In this document: piece after piece, positions 1 through 9,505 of the stretch | Numbering within the stretch: the stretch's first letter is position 1 | Layout of the letters: each line of letters begins with the position of its first letter | Assembly: GCA_963668025.2 (NCBI GenBank) | Contig: CAXXTH010000017.1 | Span: forward strand, 480,001 to 544,000 | Source: Candidatus Hydrogenedentota bacterium | GTDB lineage: Bacteria; Hydrogenedentota; Hydrogenedentia; Hydrogenedentales; SLHB01 | Direction of reading: 5' to 3' | Length of the DNA: 64,000 bases | The notes under the pieces: generated by a model | Database searches by the model: none | Seen by the model: only the letters and a program-made list of their open reading frames with translations | Told to the model about the DNA's origin: nothing | Translations under genes and position numbers: made by a program

Positions 1-1
1 A

Positions 2-154
2 CTTCCACGGAGCGTAGGCGAATAGATTGTCGCCAGGCACGATGCGCTCCCCGCGCAAGAATACGCCAGGAAACAGCACAACCAACAGCGCGGCAAGCAG
101 GAGGGCCTGCGCAAGCCATTCGCGCCGCGTGATTTGGGGGACGGGCATGCTCAT
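2..154 (-). CDS. N-terminus of a YfhO-like (GT-C type) membrane protein, runs off window edge
   Basis: Own translation MSMPVPQITRREWLAQALLLAALLVVLFPGVFLRGERIVPGDNLFAYAPWK: a TM helix followed by the G-x-x-x-x-P-x-D pattern typical of YfhO-like starts; same strand as the upstream TPR genes. Confidence 0.55.
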   Translation of the reverse strand, partial: MSMPVPQITRREWLAQALLLAALLVVLFPGVFLRGERIVPGDNLFAYAPWK

Positions 155-204
155 ACGGCGAGTGTAGCCCCCTACCTTTCCGTGAAGCAATAGGTGAAAA
201 ATTC

Positions 205-424
205 GTAATCCTGTAGCCGACTGAAGAAGCATCTGATATTTTTAGGCCTTGTGCATCGCAACGAGGTTGATGCATTACATTCCATATAACGGCGCAACTA
301 GATTTTCGATTACCCTTGCGTTCTTGGCGGCTTTGCGTGCGTATAAATTGGATTAACGCAAAATGCTAATTAAGTTAATCATTTAAATCATTATATTTCA
401 CAAGAAGGCGCGAAGCCGCAAAGA
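205..424. repeat. Degenerate end of the GTAACACTTTAG MITE family plus GCAAAG-type periodic inverted arms
   Basis: 205-241 gtaatcctgtagccgactgaagaagcatctgatattt matches the reverse complement of 20461-20497; arms 313-339 and 401-424 are mutually inverted. Confidence 0.55.
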
Positions 425-445
425 CTCAATAAGCCGGATTGCCAT

Positions 446-2368
446 TCAATCATTCGTCTGTATGCTCGTGAGCGTTTCAAGTTGCTGGTTTGCATGGATA
501 TTGCCGGGCTCGATGGCGAGGGCGCTATTAAATGCGACGCAGGCGTCTTTCGTCCGGCCTTGCGCGCGCAGCGCCATGCCAAGGCCAATGAATCCCTGGG
601 CGTCCATTGGATTCACTTCTGTTTGGCGGGCAAACAGGCGCTCCGCTCCAACGTAATCATTCTTTTTCAGCAACGTCTGGCCCAAGTTATAGAGTGCGTC
701 CACGGAATCCGGCTCTGATTCGAGCGCTTCCCGGAGCAGCCGCTCGGCTTCATCGAGCCGGTTCTGCATGGCGCATACGATACCCAAGTTCAGCTTGGCC
801 TGCGCCGATTGTGGGGCCGCTTTTATAAGCTCTCTAAATATCGCATCAGCATCCGCCAGGCGTCCTTGCCGCATATAAGCGATGCCCAGGTTCGTATACG
901 CCCGGCTGTCATCTCGATTGCGTAAAATGGCCAAACGGAACCGCCGGGCCGCGCCATCCCAGTCGCCTTTGGCCAGCAGCGCCGTACCCAGGTTGTAGTC
1001 GGCGTCACGCGATTTCGGCGCGATCTCGAGCACGCGCTTGTAATGGGCGATGGCGTCATCACAGCGGCCTTCGGCCAGCAGCGCGCCTGCCAGATTTTTA
1101 TGGGCGACAAAGTTGCGCTCCTCAACAATCAAGGCGTTCTCGAACAGCGCGATGCTGTCACGCCAAAAGCCAATTTGATGCCACGTGAGCGCAGCCAGAA
1201 CGGCCAGCGCCCCCAGCGCCGCAGGCGCGAGCAGTCCGTTTCGCCGGGGAAGGTGGCGCGTGAGGTTTTCCGCGCTCCACGCCAGCAATATGAACAGGCC
1301 CACGAGCGGCACGTAGGTGTAACGGTCCGCCATGGCCTGCGCGCCGACTTGCACGATGCCAATGACCGGCGCGAGCGTGCCGAGAAACCAGAACCAGCCC
1401 ACGGCTGCCCAAGGCGCGCGCCGCCATAGTCCAATCACGAGCGCTGAAACCAAGACGAGTCCCGCAGCCGAAAGCACAATATAGATAATGGGCGGCATGC
1501 TTTCCGGGAAGGGATAATAGGCGGAGAGCGGACGTGGCAGGAGCGTTTTGCCGATATACGCCCAGCAGGAAACCAATGCGTTGGCGATGCGTAAATCCAT
1601 GGGAGCGGCATCGAGCGTCCGCAATGCGCCGCCTTGTTGCTGCATAGATAGGGTGATCCACGAAGCGCCCGCGCTCAATAAGAAAAGCGGCGCTTTTTCG
1701 AGGATGAGCTTTCCCGCGCCCCGCAGCCATGCCCGTGCGCCCTTTGCCTCCCGCAACCGCCCGAAGGGCCAATAATCCAGCAGCAGGAGGGTGCAAGGCA
1801 ACGTCACAAGCATGGGCTTAGACATCAACCCCAACGCAAACCATAGAGCAACCAAGCCATATCGCCAGATAGAAGGTTTCTTCACATATTGCAGGTAGGC
1901 CAGCAACGCGAGGAACCAGAACAAGGTGCTGAGGACATCTTTCCGTTCCGCCACCCACGCCACGGATTCCACATGCAGCGGATGCAGCAGAAACAGCGCC
2001 GCCGTGAACGCGCTGGGCCATCGCGCCCCCGTGGCGCGAAGCAGAAACAGAAAAAGGAGCAGCCCATTGAGCGCGTGCAACGCGATGCTTGTGGCGTGGT
2101 GCCCTCGAGGCTCAAGCCCCCAAAGCTGGCAATCCAGCATATGGGAAAGCCAGGTAAGGGGGTGCCAATTCGAGGCATGGCCGGTGGTGAACGCCCATGA
2201 CACACCGCTCCAAGAAAGCCCGGCTTGTGTTTCGACGTTCTCAGTGACATACAGCCCGTCGTCCAGATTGACAAATCCGTTCTGGATGGCGGGCGCATAG
2301 GCCAGCATGGCCGCGGCCAGCAGGACAAGCCCGATCAGCGTATCTGTTCGTGAGAACCGAAACGGCAT
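446..2368 (-). CDS. TMTC-like GT-C glycosyltransferase with C-terminal TPR repeats
   Basis: 640 aa; FVNLDD, NWHPLTWLS, HPLHVESVAWVAERKD, MADRYTYVP motifs, many TM helices, multiple TPRs. Confidence 0.85.
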   Translation of the reverse strand: MPFRFSRTDTLIGLVLLAAAMLAYAPAIQNGFVNLDDGLYVTENVETQAGLSWSGVSWAFTTGHASNWHPLTWLSHMLDCQLWGLEPRGHHATSIALHALNGLLLFLFLLRATGARWPSAFTAALFLLHPLHVESVAWVAERKDVLSTLFWFLALLAYLQYVKKPSIWRYGLVALWFALGLMSKPMLVTLPCTLLLLDYWPFGRLREAKGARAWLRGAGKLILEKAPLFLLSAGASWITLSMQQQGGALRTLDAAPMDLRIANALVSCWAYIGKTLLPRPLSAYYPFPESMPPIIYIVLSAAGLVLVSALVIGLWRRAPWAAVGWFWFLGTLAPVIGIVQVGAQAMADRYTYVPLVGLFILLAWSAENLTRHLPRRNGLLAPAALGALAVLAALTWHQIGFWRDSIALFENALIVEERNFVAHKNLAGALLAEGRCDDAIAHYKRVLEIAPKSRDADYNLGTALLAKGDWDGAARRFRLAILRNRDDSRAYTNLGIAYMRQGRLADADAIFRELIKAAPQSAQAKLNLGIVCAMQNRLDEAERLLREALESEPDSVDALYNLGQTLLKKNDYVGAERLFARQTEVNPMDAQGFIGLGMALRAQGRTKDACVAFNSALAIEPGNIHANQQLETLTSIQTND

Positions 2369-2455
2369 GGAATCTACGCCTCCCGAAAAACCAACATTTA
2401 ATATAGGCGAATCAATACATTAAATGATAAAAATACGGTCCTCATAATCGTGTGG

Positions 2456-2712
2456 CATGGAATGCGCAGGCTCATCTTCTTGGTAAAGTCGAGTTATTTT
2501 CAACGCGGAGGCGCGGAGAACACAAAGTATCGCAGAGGTCCACTCTTCTCTATTCTCGAATGTGCGAATAAACAGTTCGAGCGTATTTTTTCTACTTTGC
2601 GGATCTCTGCGTTCTCTGCGTTGAAAATAACCGTCCATATCGAGTTGTACAAATAGGGTGTTCCGTATCATAACAATCTTGTCCAGCATGTAAAGTAAAT
2701 CATGTCTAAAAA
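2456..2712. repeat. Intergenic repeat with ACGC(A/G)GAG periodic-arm hairpin (2493-2631), homologous to 44296-44508
   Basis: Shared catggaatgcgcaggctca start, identical ccactcttctctattctcgaatgtgcgaataaa loop, stem gttattttcaacgc...gcgttgaaaataac; ends in an aatcatgtctaaaa arm. Confidence 0.85.
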
Positions 2713-4616
2713 GAAGCGCTGATGGCCTTCACGCCGTTTTGGGCGTCCGTGTTTTTCGGGTCAAGCCGCAGGGCCGCCTGATACCGTGCGAGCGCTTCTT
2801 CCTGCTGGCCCAGCGCTTGCAGCGCCATGGCGGAATTCACCAGCGCGCTCACGCTGTTAGGCTCCTGCGCCAGATAGCGGTCCAAGTATTCGAGGGCCTC
2901 CTGGTGACGCCCCATCGCACGCAGCGCCACGCCTAGGTTGAGCCAGCCGCCCGGCGTATCTGGGGCCAGCGCGCTGGCCTGTTGGAAATAGGGAAACGCC
3001 TCGCTGATACGGCCTTGAGCGGCCAGCGCCGTCCCGAGGCAGGTGAGCGCTTCGGCGGAATCTGGGTCGAGCGCATGGGCTTTCCGCGCGGCCGCCGCCG
3101 CTTCTTCCATCCGCCCGGTGCGAAAATAGGCAAGGCTGAGATTGATATGCGGCTGGCTTTCCGTGGGGCCTAGCAATATGGCCTGTTCGAGCCAGGACAC
3201 GGCGTCCGTGGGCGCGCCGTGTTTGAGAAGCACCGTGCCCACATCATAGAACCCCTCCCATTTGTTGGGGGCAAGTTCGGTGACGCGCACCAAATGGCGC
3301 AACGCTTCGTCGATGCGGCCCGCGTCTTCCAACCCGCTCGCCAGGCTTTTATGGGCCGAGGGATTCTCTTCCGTCACGGCAACGGCCCGCTCGAACATGG
3401 CGATGCGGTCCTTCCAGAATCCCACTTGCCGGCAGGTGAGGCCCGCCAGGATGGCCAAGATAAACAAGGATATGGCCCAAGGCAGCGCCCGTGGCATTCG
3501 GAGGCGGCGCGGCAGCGCATCGAAGCTCCACGCCAGCGCGATGAACAGGCCAATGAGGGGAATGTAGGTATATCGTTCCGAGATGATTTGATCGCCTACC
3601 TGCACGATGCCGATGACTGGCGCGAGCGTGCCGAGATACCAAAACCATCCCACGATACCCCAGGGAGCGCGGCGGCGCGCCATCCAGCAGGCAGCCGTGA
3701 CGCCCGCCATCCCCAGCAGAATAGCCGCGATGGAAGCGATACTGGGGGCGTACACCGCATAGATGGGATGCATGATGGTGAGGCCGCGCGGGATGAACAT
3801 GAGTTTGACGTAGAGAAAATACGCCAGCACGATCTTGAAGAACCGTTCATCCAGGGGCAGGTTCTCGAGGCTCCGCACCGCGCCGCCATGATTTTGCACC
3901 ATATAGGTGATGATGCTCGATGCGATGGTCAGCGCGAACAAAGGGATTTTCTCGAATATGAGCCACGCGCCCCGGCGCACGAAACCAGATGCCCCTTCGA
4001 ACCGCCCCAACGGCCAATAATCGAGCAGGAGCAGGACGCACGGAAGCGTCACCAGCATGGGCTTGGCCATCAGCCCGAGGGCGAAGAACACCGCGGTGAG
4101 GGCATACGCCCCGAATGTGCGACGGCGCACGAAGCGCAGGTAGGCCAGCAGCGCCAGCATGGCGAAAAACGTGCTGAGCACGTCCTTGCGCTCCGCCACC
4201 CACGCCACGGACTCGACATGGAGCGGATGCAGCGCAAACAAAGCCGCCACCAGCAAGCTAGGCCCGATACGGCCCGTGGCCTTGCGCAAGAAAAGGTAAA
4301 GCAAGAGGGTGCTGGCCAGGTGCAGCATCAGGTTGGTGAGCAAGTGCATGCCCGCGTTCAGGCCATATAACGTGCAATCGAGCTGGTGCGAGAGCCAGGT
4401 GATGGGGTGCCAATTGGCGACCTCGCCGGAGCGGAAGGCCCAAACGGCGTTTTCGAGAGACAGGCCCGTGCGTACGTGGGGATTATCCATGATATACAAC
4501 GGGTCGTCGTAATTGGTGAACGAATGGCCCACGACTTGGGCGTATACGGCAATCGTGGCCGCCGCCAGGGCCGCCACCCACAACGCCTCCGCCCGGCGGC
4601 TCATCAGGACAGTCAC
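2706..4616 (-). CDS. TMTC-like GT-C glycosyltransferase with TPR repeats (tandem paralog)
   Basis: 636 aa; FTNYDD, NWHPITWLS, HPLHVESVAWVAERKD, SERYTYIP, TPRs; GTG start. Confidence 0.85.
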   Translation of the reverse strand: MTVLMSRRAEALWVAALAAATIAVYAQVVGHSFTNYDDPLYIMDNPHVRTGLSLENAVWAFRSGEVANWHPITWLSHQLDCTLYGLNAGMHLLTNLMLHLASTLLLYLFLRKATGRIGPSLLVAALFALHPLHVESVAWVAERKDVLSTFFAMLALLAYLRFVRRRTFGAYALTAVFFALGLMAKPMLVTLPCVLLLLDYWPLGRFEGASGFVRRGAWLIFEKIPLFALTIASSIITYMVQNHGGAVRSLENLPLDERFFKIVLAYFLYVKLMFIPRGLTIMHPIYAVYAPSIASIAAILLGMAGVTAACWMARRRAPWGIVGWFWYLGTLAPVIGIVQVGDQIISERYTYIPLIGLFIALAWSFDALPRRLRMPRALPWAISLFILAILAGLTCRQVGFWKDRIAMFERAVAVTEENPSAHKSLASGLEDAGRIDEALRHLVRVTELAPNKWEGFYDVGTVLLKHGAPTDAVSWLEQAILLGPTESQPHINLSLAYFRTGRMEEAAAAARKAHALDPDSAEALTCLGTALAAQGRISEAFPYFQQASALAPDTPGGWLNLGVALRAMGRHQEALEYLDRYLAQEPNSVSALVNSAMALQALGQQEEALARYQAALRLDPKNTDAQNGVKAISASF

Positions 4617-4637
4617 GAGAAGAATCCCTTTCCCTGG

Positions 4638-5054
4638 CTACCGAAGCTGTTTGCCCGTCGAGCTCATGGAGACCGTGGCGTGGAGCACGCCCTTTTGCTG
4701 GCGGAGCTGTTCGGCCAGTTCTTGGATGATGCTGGGCTTTCCCTTGGCCATGATCATCTCGGCGCACATGTCATGGTCCAGATGCACATGCGTGGTAGCC
4801 AGAATGGCATGATGGTGTTCATGCTGGAGCGAGGTGAGCTTATCCGAGAGCCGCCGGGTTTCGTGGTTATACACCAGCGTGATGGTGCCCACCGCTTCTT
4901 CGCCTTCTTTCCATTCCTCTTCGACCAGCCGCCCGCGGATCAGATCCCGAATGAATTCGGAACGATTCCGGTACTCGGTTCCTTGCATGAGCTGGTCCAT
5001 GCGCTCAAAAAGCGAACTCTCGATGGTGAAACTCAAACGGATTAAGTCGCTCAT
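4638..5054 (-). CDS. nikR: Nickel-responsive regulator NikR
   Basis: RHH N-terminus (RLSFTI...NRSEFIRDLIR) and Ni-site HEHH...THVHLDHDMC; start trimmed to MSDLIR. Confidence 0.9.
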   Translation of the reverse strand: MSDLIRLSFTIESSLFERMDQLMQGTEYRNRSEFIRDLIRGRLVEEEWKEGEEAVGTITLVYNHETRRLSDKLTSLQHEHHHAILATTHVHLDHDMCAEMIMAKGKPSIIQELAEQLRQQKGVLHATVSMSSTGKQLR

Positions 5055-5272
5055 ATATGGCATCCTCGCGGCTATTCGCCGGCATGCCGCACGGAAAACA
5101 CCCTCGCGCAGCGGCCCCACGTGATTCCCTCCTTGGAGTATAACAAAGCAGGGGCGCGCCTCCAAGTGAACGACTTCGCTATGCCCATGGGGCAGCTTGG
5201 TTGACACTCTTGCGGCATGGAGATAGAATTGCGTCGATCAAGTGGGGCGAATGGCCTAAATAGGTGGCGCAC

Positions 5273-7417
5273 ATGAAACGGTACAGTTTCAGCAGCTTTC
5301 TGGTGGATGATTCAAATCGGAAGGCATATCAGATCTGCCAGGATTTCGCTGAGTTGCGTCCGGTGGAGCCGCAGCCCGTGCTGCTTCTGGGCGATGAATC
5401 CAGCGGCAAGACGCATCTGCTCTATTCCATTGTCAACCGGGTCCGGGCAAGCTCCGCCCGGGCGGGCATCGCGTATATGAGCGGCCGCGTCTCGGAAGAG
5501 GTGCGTGCGCTGTTGGATGATCCCCGGCCCGTGCAGGAAGCCGAACACGCCATTCTGCTGGTCGATCAACTCGAACAGTTCAGCGAATTGATGAACGAAC
5601 TCGAGCAAATCGCCCGGCTCTTTCTCGAACAAGGCCATTACATCATGCTGGCCAGCAATATCCATCCCAGCCGCTTAACCAATATCCCCGCCGGATTGCG
5701 CCAGTTGGTGTTATCGGGCCAAGTCGTGGTGATTGATCCCCATGGCGCGGAGACGCAGCTCGAGGTGGTGCGGCGGCAAGTACTGGCCGATAACGAAGGG
5801 GAGCTGTCGCGGCAGCGCGAGGAGATCGAGAACCTCCGCCAGCTTCTCGAGAACACGCAGCAAGCGGTGCAAAGCAACAGCCAGCCGGAAACGCCCCGGC
5901 TGCGTTCGGAACTCGAGACGGCGCACGCGGAGCTCGAAAATCTGCGGACGGAAAAACTCCGCCTGGCCATGCAGCTCGAATCGAAGCCGCAAGATGACGG
6001 CCTTGCCAAGCGCCTTGACGAAGCCCAGGCGGAACTCGCGCGATTACGCGCCGAAAACCAGCGCATTCAGGAAGAGCTGCAAGCCGAAAAGGCCATGCCG
6101 CGTGCGCCGGAGACGGAAGTAGAGGGCCTCGCACAGCGCCTTGCGGAAGCGGAACGGGAACAGGTGAAAGCCCAGCAGAAGCTGGCGGAGTTCCAGGCCG
6201 CATGGGAGTCCTTAGAAGCGGGCCGGACCAGCTTGCAAGAAGATCGTGCGCTCCTGGATAACGAAAAAACGGCGGTTGCCGCCGCGCGCGCCGCATGTGA
6301 CCGGCAGCGGGCCGAATTGGAGCGTGAACGGGCGGGTTTAGCCGCTGTACAAGCGGAGCTCGAACATGAGCGCGCCGCCGTAGGGCCTGTTCAGGAAGAA
6401 TTCGAAACCGTGCAAGCCGCCGTCAATCAGGAAAAAGCCCTGCTCGAGTCGCTGCGAAAAGAAGCTGAAACCGCACGCGCCGAATTGACGCATCATCAGG
6501 CGGAGCTTGCCCATGCGTCGGATATGCATGCGACGGGCCGCGAGATGCTGGATTCCTTGCGCGCCCAGCTTTCCACGGAACAGGCCGCATTTGACACGGA
6601 ACGGGCGGAATTCGAACAACGGCAGCACGTATTCACTCAAGAATCCCGCGCACTATTGCAGCGTTACGAGAATCTCGAGCACGCCAGCACGGAATTAGAG
6701 GAACGCGCCAGCAGCATTTTAGAAGGCGCACGGCAGGCAGTGGCGCAATTGGACGAAGGCGGCGGCCGCTTGGCGCGTTTCGAGGCCGAACGGGAGGCGC
6801 AGGCCGCCGAATTGAGGTCTATGTTCGAGTCAGCCCGCGCCATGGCGGATGCGCGGCCGATAGCGGATCAAGCTTCCATGGATGCGCTTCACACGGAATT
6901 AGCGAATGTGAAGGCCCAACTCGAGGAAGCACATGCACAGCTTAATCAGCGTATGTCGGCTATCGAGGATATCCGTGTCCAGCTCGAACAAGAGCGGGCG
7001 GCCCGGCTCGAAAGCGAAGAGCAATGGGCGTTGCGCATGCACGAGCAGGGAAACACCCTCAAAGAGGCGCAAAGCGGCGAGCAGGCGGCGCTTAGCCGGT
7101 TCGAGCAGTCCCAATCCGATTTAGCGGCGCTTCGCGCCGAGCTTTCAGAATTGCGCAAAGAAGCGGCCGGCCAGGTAGCCGAGGCGCAAGCCTATTCGGG
7201 CGAACTCGAGGGACGTTTGGCGCGCCTTCATACGGAAACCGTTGAAGCGCGGGAAAGCCGGGCGAATGCCGAAGCGCGGCTGCGTATGATGCAAGAGCGC
7301 GTATCCGCCGCGAAGAAGCTTTTACACGAGATCTCCGCACCCGTGCGGCAAGAAAATGACATTCTGCTCGATGAATTGGGCGCTCAGGATGCGCCTGCCG
7401 CATCTCATGAAGCCTAA
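5273..7417 (+). CDS. DnaA/Hda-like AAA+ domain fused to a long coiled coil
   Basis: YSFSSFLVDDSNRKAY...PVLLLGDESSGKTHLL resembles DnaA domain III; remaining ~550 aa E/Q/A/L-rich heptads; AGGTGG RBS before ATG 5273. Confidence 0.75.
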   Translation: MKRYSFSSFLVDDSNRKAYQICQDFAELRPVEPQPVLLLGDESSGKTHLLYSIVNRVRASSARAGIAYMSGRVSEEVRALLDDPRPVQEAEHAILLVDQLEQFSELMNELEQIARLFLEQGHYIMLASNIHPSRLTNIPAGLRQLVLSGQVVVIDPHGAETQLEVVRRQVLADNEGELSRQREEIENLRQLLENTQQAVQSNSQPETPRLRSELETAHAELENLRTEKLRLAMQLESKPQDDGLAKRLDEAQAELARLRAENQRIQEELQAEKAMPRAPETEVEGLAQRLAEAEREQVKAQQKLAEFQAAWESLEAGRTSLQEDRALLDNEKTAVAAARAACDRQRAELERERAGLAAVQAELEHERAAVGPVQEEFETVQAAVNQEKALLESLRKEAETARAELTHHQAELAHASDMHATGREMLDSLRAQLSTEQAAFDTERAEFEQRQHVFTQESRALLQRYENLEHASTELEERASSILEGARQAVAQLDEGGGRLARFEAEREAQAAELRSMFESARAMADARPIADQASMDALHTELANVKAQLEEAHAQLNQRMSAIEDIRVQLEQERAARLESEEQWALRMHEQGNTLKEAQSGEQAALSRFEQSQSDLAALRAELSELRKEAAGQVAEAQAYSGELEGRLARLHTETVEARESRANAEARLRMMQERVSAAKKLLHEISAPVRQENDILLDELGAQDAPAASHEA

Positions 7418-7460
7418 GCTCTTCGCTGCGCCCTAGTGTTAATCCCCTTCTGAACAAACA

Positions 7461-7495
7461 GAACCGGCCCCAGAACACCTATCTGAAGCCGGTTC
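7461..7495. terminator. Possible hairpin terminator between convergent genes
   Basis: gaaccggc...gccggttc inverted repeat between 7417(+) and 7522(-) gene ends; long loop, weak U tract. Confidence 0.3.
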
Positions 7496-7521
7496 AACTT
7501 CGTGGTTCGCCTGGCGCGACG

Positions 7522-7827
7522 TTATTTTTTTACCGCGGCAGGGGTGATGGCGTCTTTCGCGGCCTTGGCGATGCGGAACTTGAGCACCTTCTTGGCCGGG
7601 ATTTTGATCGTTTCACCCGTGGCGGGGTTGCGGCCTTTGCGCGCTTTACGGCTGACTACGACCAGCTTGCCAACGCCCGGAAGCGTGAATCCCGTTTTGG
7701 CTTCTTTGTAGGCCATTTCGGTCAATCCCGCGAGTACATCCGTAACCTGTTTTTTCGACAGGCCCGTCTGCTCCGCTAAATTGGCTACGATCTGCGCTTT
7801 TGTCAAGGGTTTCTTCGGTGCTGCCAT
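7522..7827 (-). CDS. hup: HU family DNA-binding protein
   Basis: 101 aa basic protein with LPGVGKL and ARKGRNPATGETIKIPAK motif; AGGAG RBS. Confidence 0.9.
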   Translation of the reverse strand: MAAPKKPLTKAQIVANLAEQTGLSKKQVTDVLAGLTEMAYKEAKTGFTLPGVGKLVVVSRKARKGRNPATGETIKIPAKKVLKFRIAKAAKDAITPAAVKK

Positions 7828-8218
7828 GCTTCAGTCTCCTTGGTTAGGGCCCGGCTCCCCGTTCACAATACCCTTCGCGCCCACAGTAAATCGCACGAAA
7901 AGCGTACTACCGCCAGAATATTCACCGGCCCCTGTCATGCTTTTTTCACCACTACTGTATTCCTTAGCGTGTAAATATCCTTTTGTCAAGCCCTTTTTTC
8001 AGGGTGAAAATGAAATTGAACGCCGAATCGCCCCGTCATTAGGGGCCAAAATGCGTTTTGCCTACTAACATACTACGGATGAACAAAAATAAGCCCAATC
8101 GCAGCAAGCACTTATGGCTTAATTGATCTATCCCGCCTTCTGGGCTATATTTATCAGAACAAAGCGTTTGAATCTGGCGCCCAGTAGTGCAATCGCAGCT
8201 AAAAGGAATGGTGGAAGT

Positions 8219-8899
8219 ATGTGGCTGGCTATAATCGGAGATATACATGGAAATTTGCCGGCCCTGGAGGCTGCCGTACAATATATTGACAGCCGGGGAA
8301 TTCAAAACATTATTTGCACGGGGAATCTCGTTGGCAGGGAGCCTTTCACGGATAGTGTCATTCAGTTAGTTGGCGCGTACCGCATCGAGAGCGTGCAGGG
8401 GGAATACGATAAATGCGTAGCCAATTATAAACGGAAATACGATTCTCTCCAGCGCCATTTTAGCCCTGAAGAGTTGGAAATCATGCGCTGCGCGTATCGA
8501 AACACGCGCAGTGAGAACATCGAATACTTGCGCAATTTGAATAAGCGCCTCGTCACCTCAATTGAGGGGCTAAGCATTTGTGTGTGCCATGGCTGCCCTT
8601 CAAGCCCCGCCGAACCGTTGCACGAAGAGGATGCCGAGCATATTTTCCGGCGGCAGCGGGAATATGCGAATGTCCATATCATCGCCTGCGGCAAACCAGC
8701 CAAACCTTGGAGCCGCATGGTCGATACGACCTTATTCATCAATCCCGGCAGCATTGGCATTCCATCCGGCAAAGAGCCTGAAGCCACTTTCGCCATCATT
8801 AACACCGAGGCGCATCCTTGGGTGGTGGATTTCGAGCATATACCCTATTGCCGCCAACGCATTTCTGAAGAGCGCAAACGGCTGAAATGGGGCACATGA
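8219..8899 (+). CDS. YfcE/Metallophos_2-like phosphoesterase with degenerate active site
   Basis: GDIHGN, HGCP and INPGSIG motifs present; GD, GNHD and GHTH motifs replaced by GN, GEYD and GKPA. Confidence 0.75.
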   Translation: MWLAIIGDIHGNLPALEAAVQYIDSRGIQNIICTGNLVGREPFTDSVIQLVGAYRIESVQGEYDKCVANYKRKYDSLQRHFSPEELEIMRCAYRNTRSENIEYLRNLNKRLVTSIEGLSICVCHGCPSSPAEPLHEEDAEHIFRRQREYANVHIIACGKPAKPWSRMVDTTLFINPGSIGIPSGKEPEATFAIINTEAHPWVVDFEHIPYCRQRISEERKRLKWGT

Positions 8900-9120
8900 C
8901 CGTTGCTGTATGGCGTCTTCTGTTTTTGGGCCTATAGTTACGTCAAATTATGATTAAGTTGGGGTGCAGCTCTGGCATTACCGCTCCATTCGCCTTGCCG
9001 AGGGATAGCCGCAATTTATTTGGAGCCGTTCTTGAGCGCGCGTATGAACCAAAATACATGGTGGATTTGCCCCACCGACTAATAGCCTTTGTTGTATAAA
9101 ACCCTGTAAACTACCTTATT

Positions 9121-9366
9121 GTCATTCCCGCGAAAGCGGGAACCCAGTGCAAATTCTCTGGATCCCCGCGTTCGCGGTCTTCCAAAAACTCCACACGAGC
9201 GAGTTTATACCGCCTTGGCGTCGAAATTGCACATTCAAGCGAGAACCGCACGCCCAAAGCGGTAGCTTGCTACCGCTTTCTTGTTCTCTTTTACATCCTT
9301 TTGCCGCTATTTTCATGCTCGGGCTTGCCAGCTCCTTTTTTGGAAATCCCCGTTCGCGGGGATGAC
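9121..9366. repeat. GTCATTCCCGCG-type palindromic repeat interrupted by a MITE
   Basis: gtcattcccgcgaaagcgggaacccag...ctggatccccgcgttcgcgg[insert]ggatgac reconstitutes the classic double-hairpin element when the insert and one TSD copy are removed. Confidence 0.8.
9178..9350. mobile_element. MITE with TTCCAAAAA/TTTTTGGAAATCCC ends, copy 1
   Basis: Flanked by direct repeat cgttcgcgg (9169-9177, 9351-9359); homologous to 20612-20846. Confidence 0.85.
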
Positions 9367-9505
9367 AGGTAGGTGGTTTTACGTTATTTCTTCAATACGT
9401 ACACATGATATATTCTTCCGGGAGCGGTAATAACAGAGCTGCACCCTTAAATTGAAAGTCGTTGTGTCGGCAAATTGGAACTTCTGAAGAGGTTACACGG
9501 AGGCG

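Larger units (their letters stand above)
8962..9446. mobile_element. MITE with ISKra4-like ends containing nested repeats
   Basis: TIRs gggtgcagctctggcattaccgctcc / ggagcggtaataacagagctgcaccc; flanking 8-bp near-duplication ttaagttg (8954-8961) / ttaaattg (9447-9454); no transposase. Confidence 0.75.

Noticed and set aside
3219-4370. 383-aa plus-strand ORF
   Set aside because: Antisense shadow of the TPR glycosyltransferase in GC-rich DNA; no motifs
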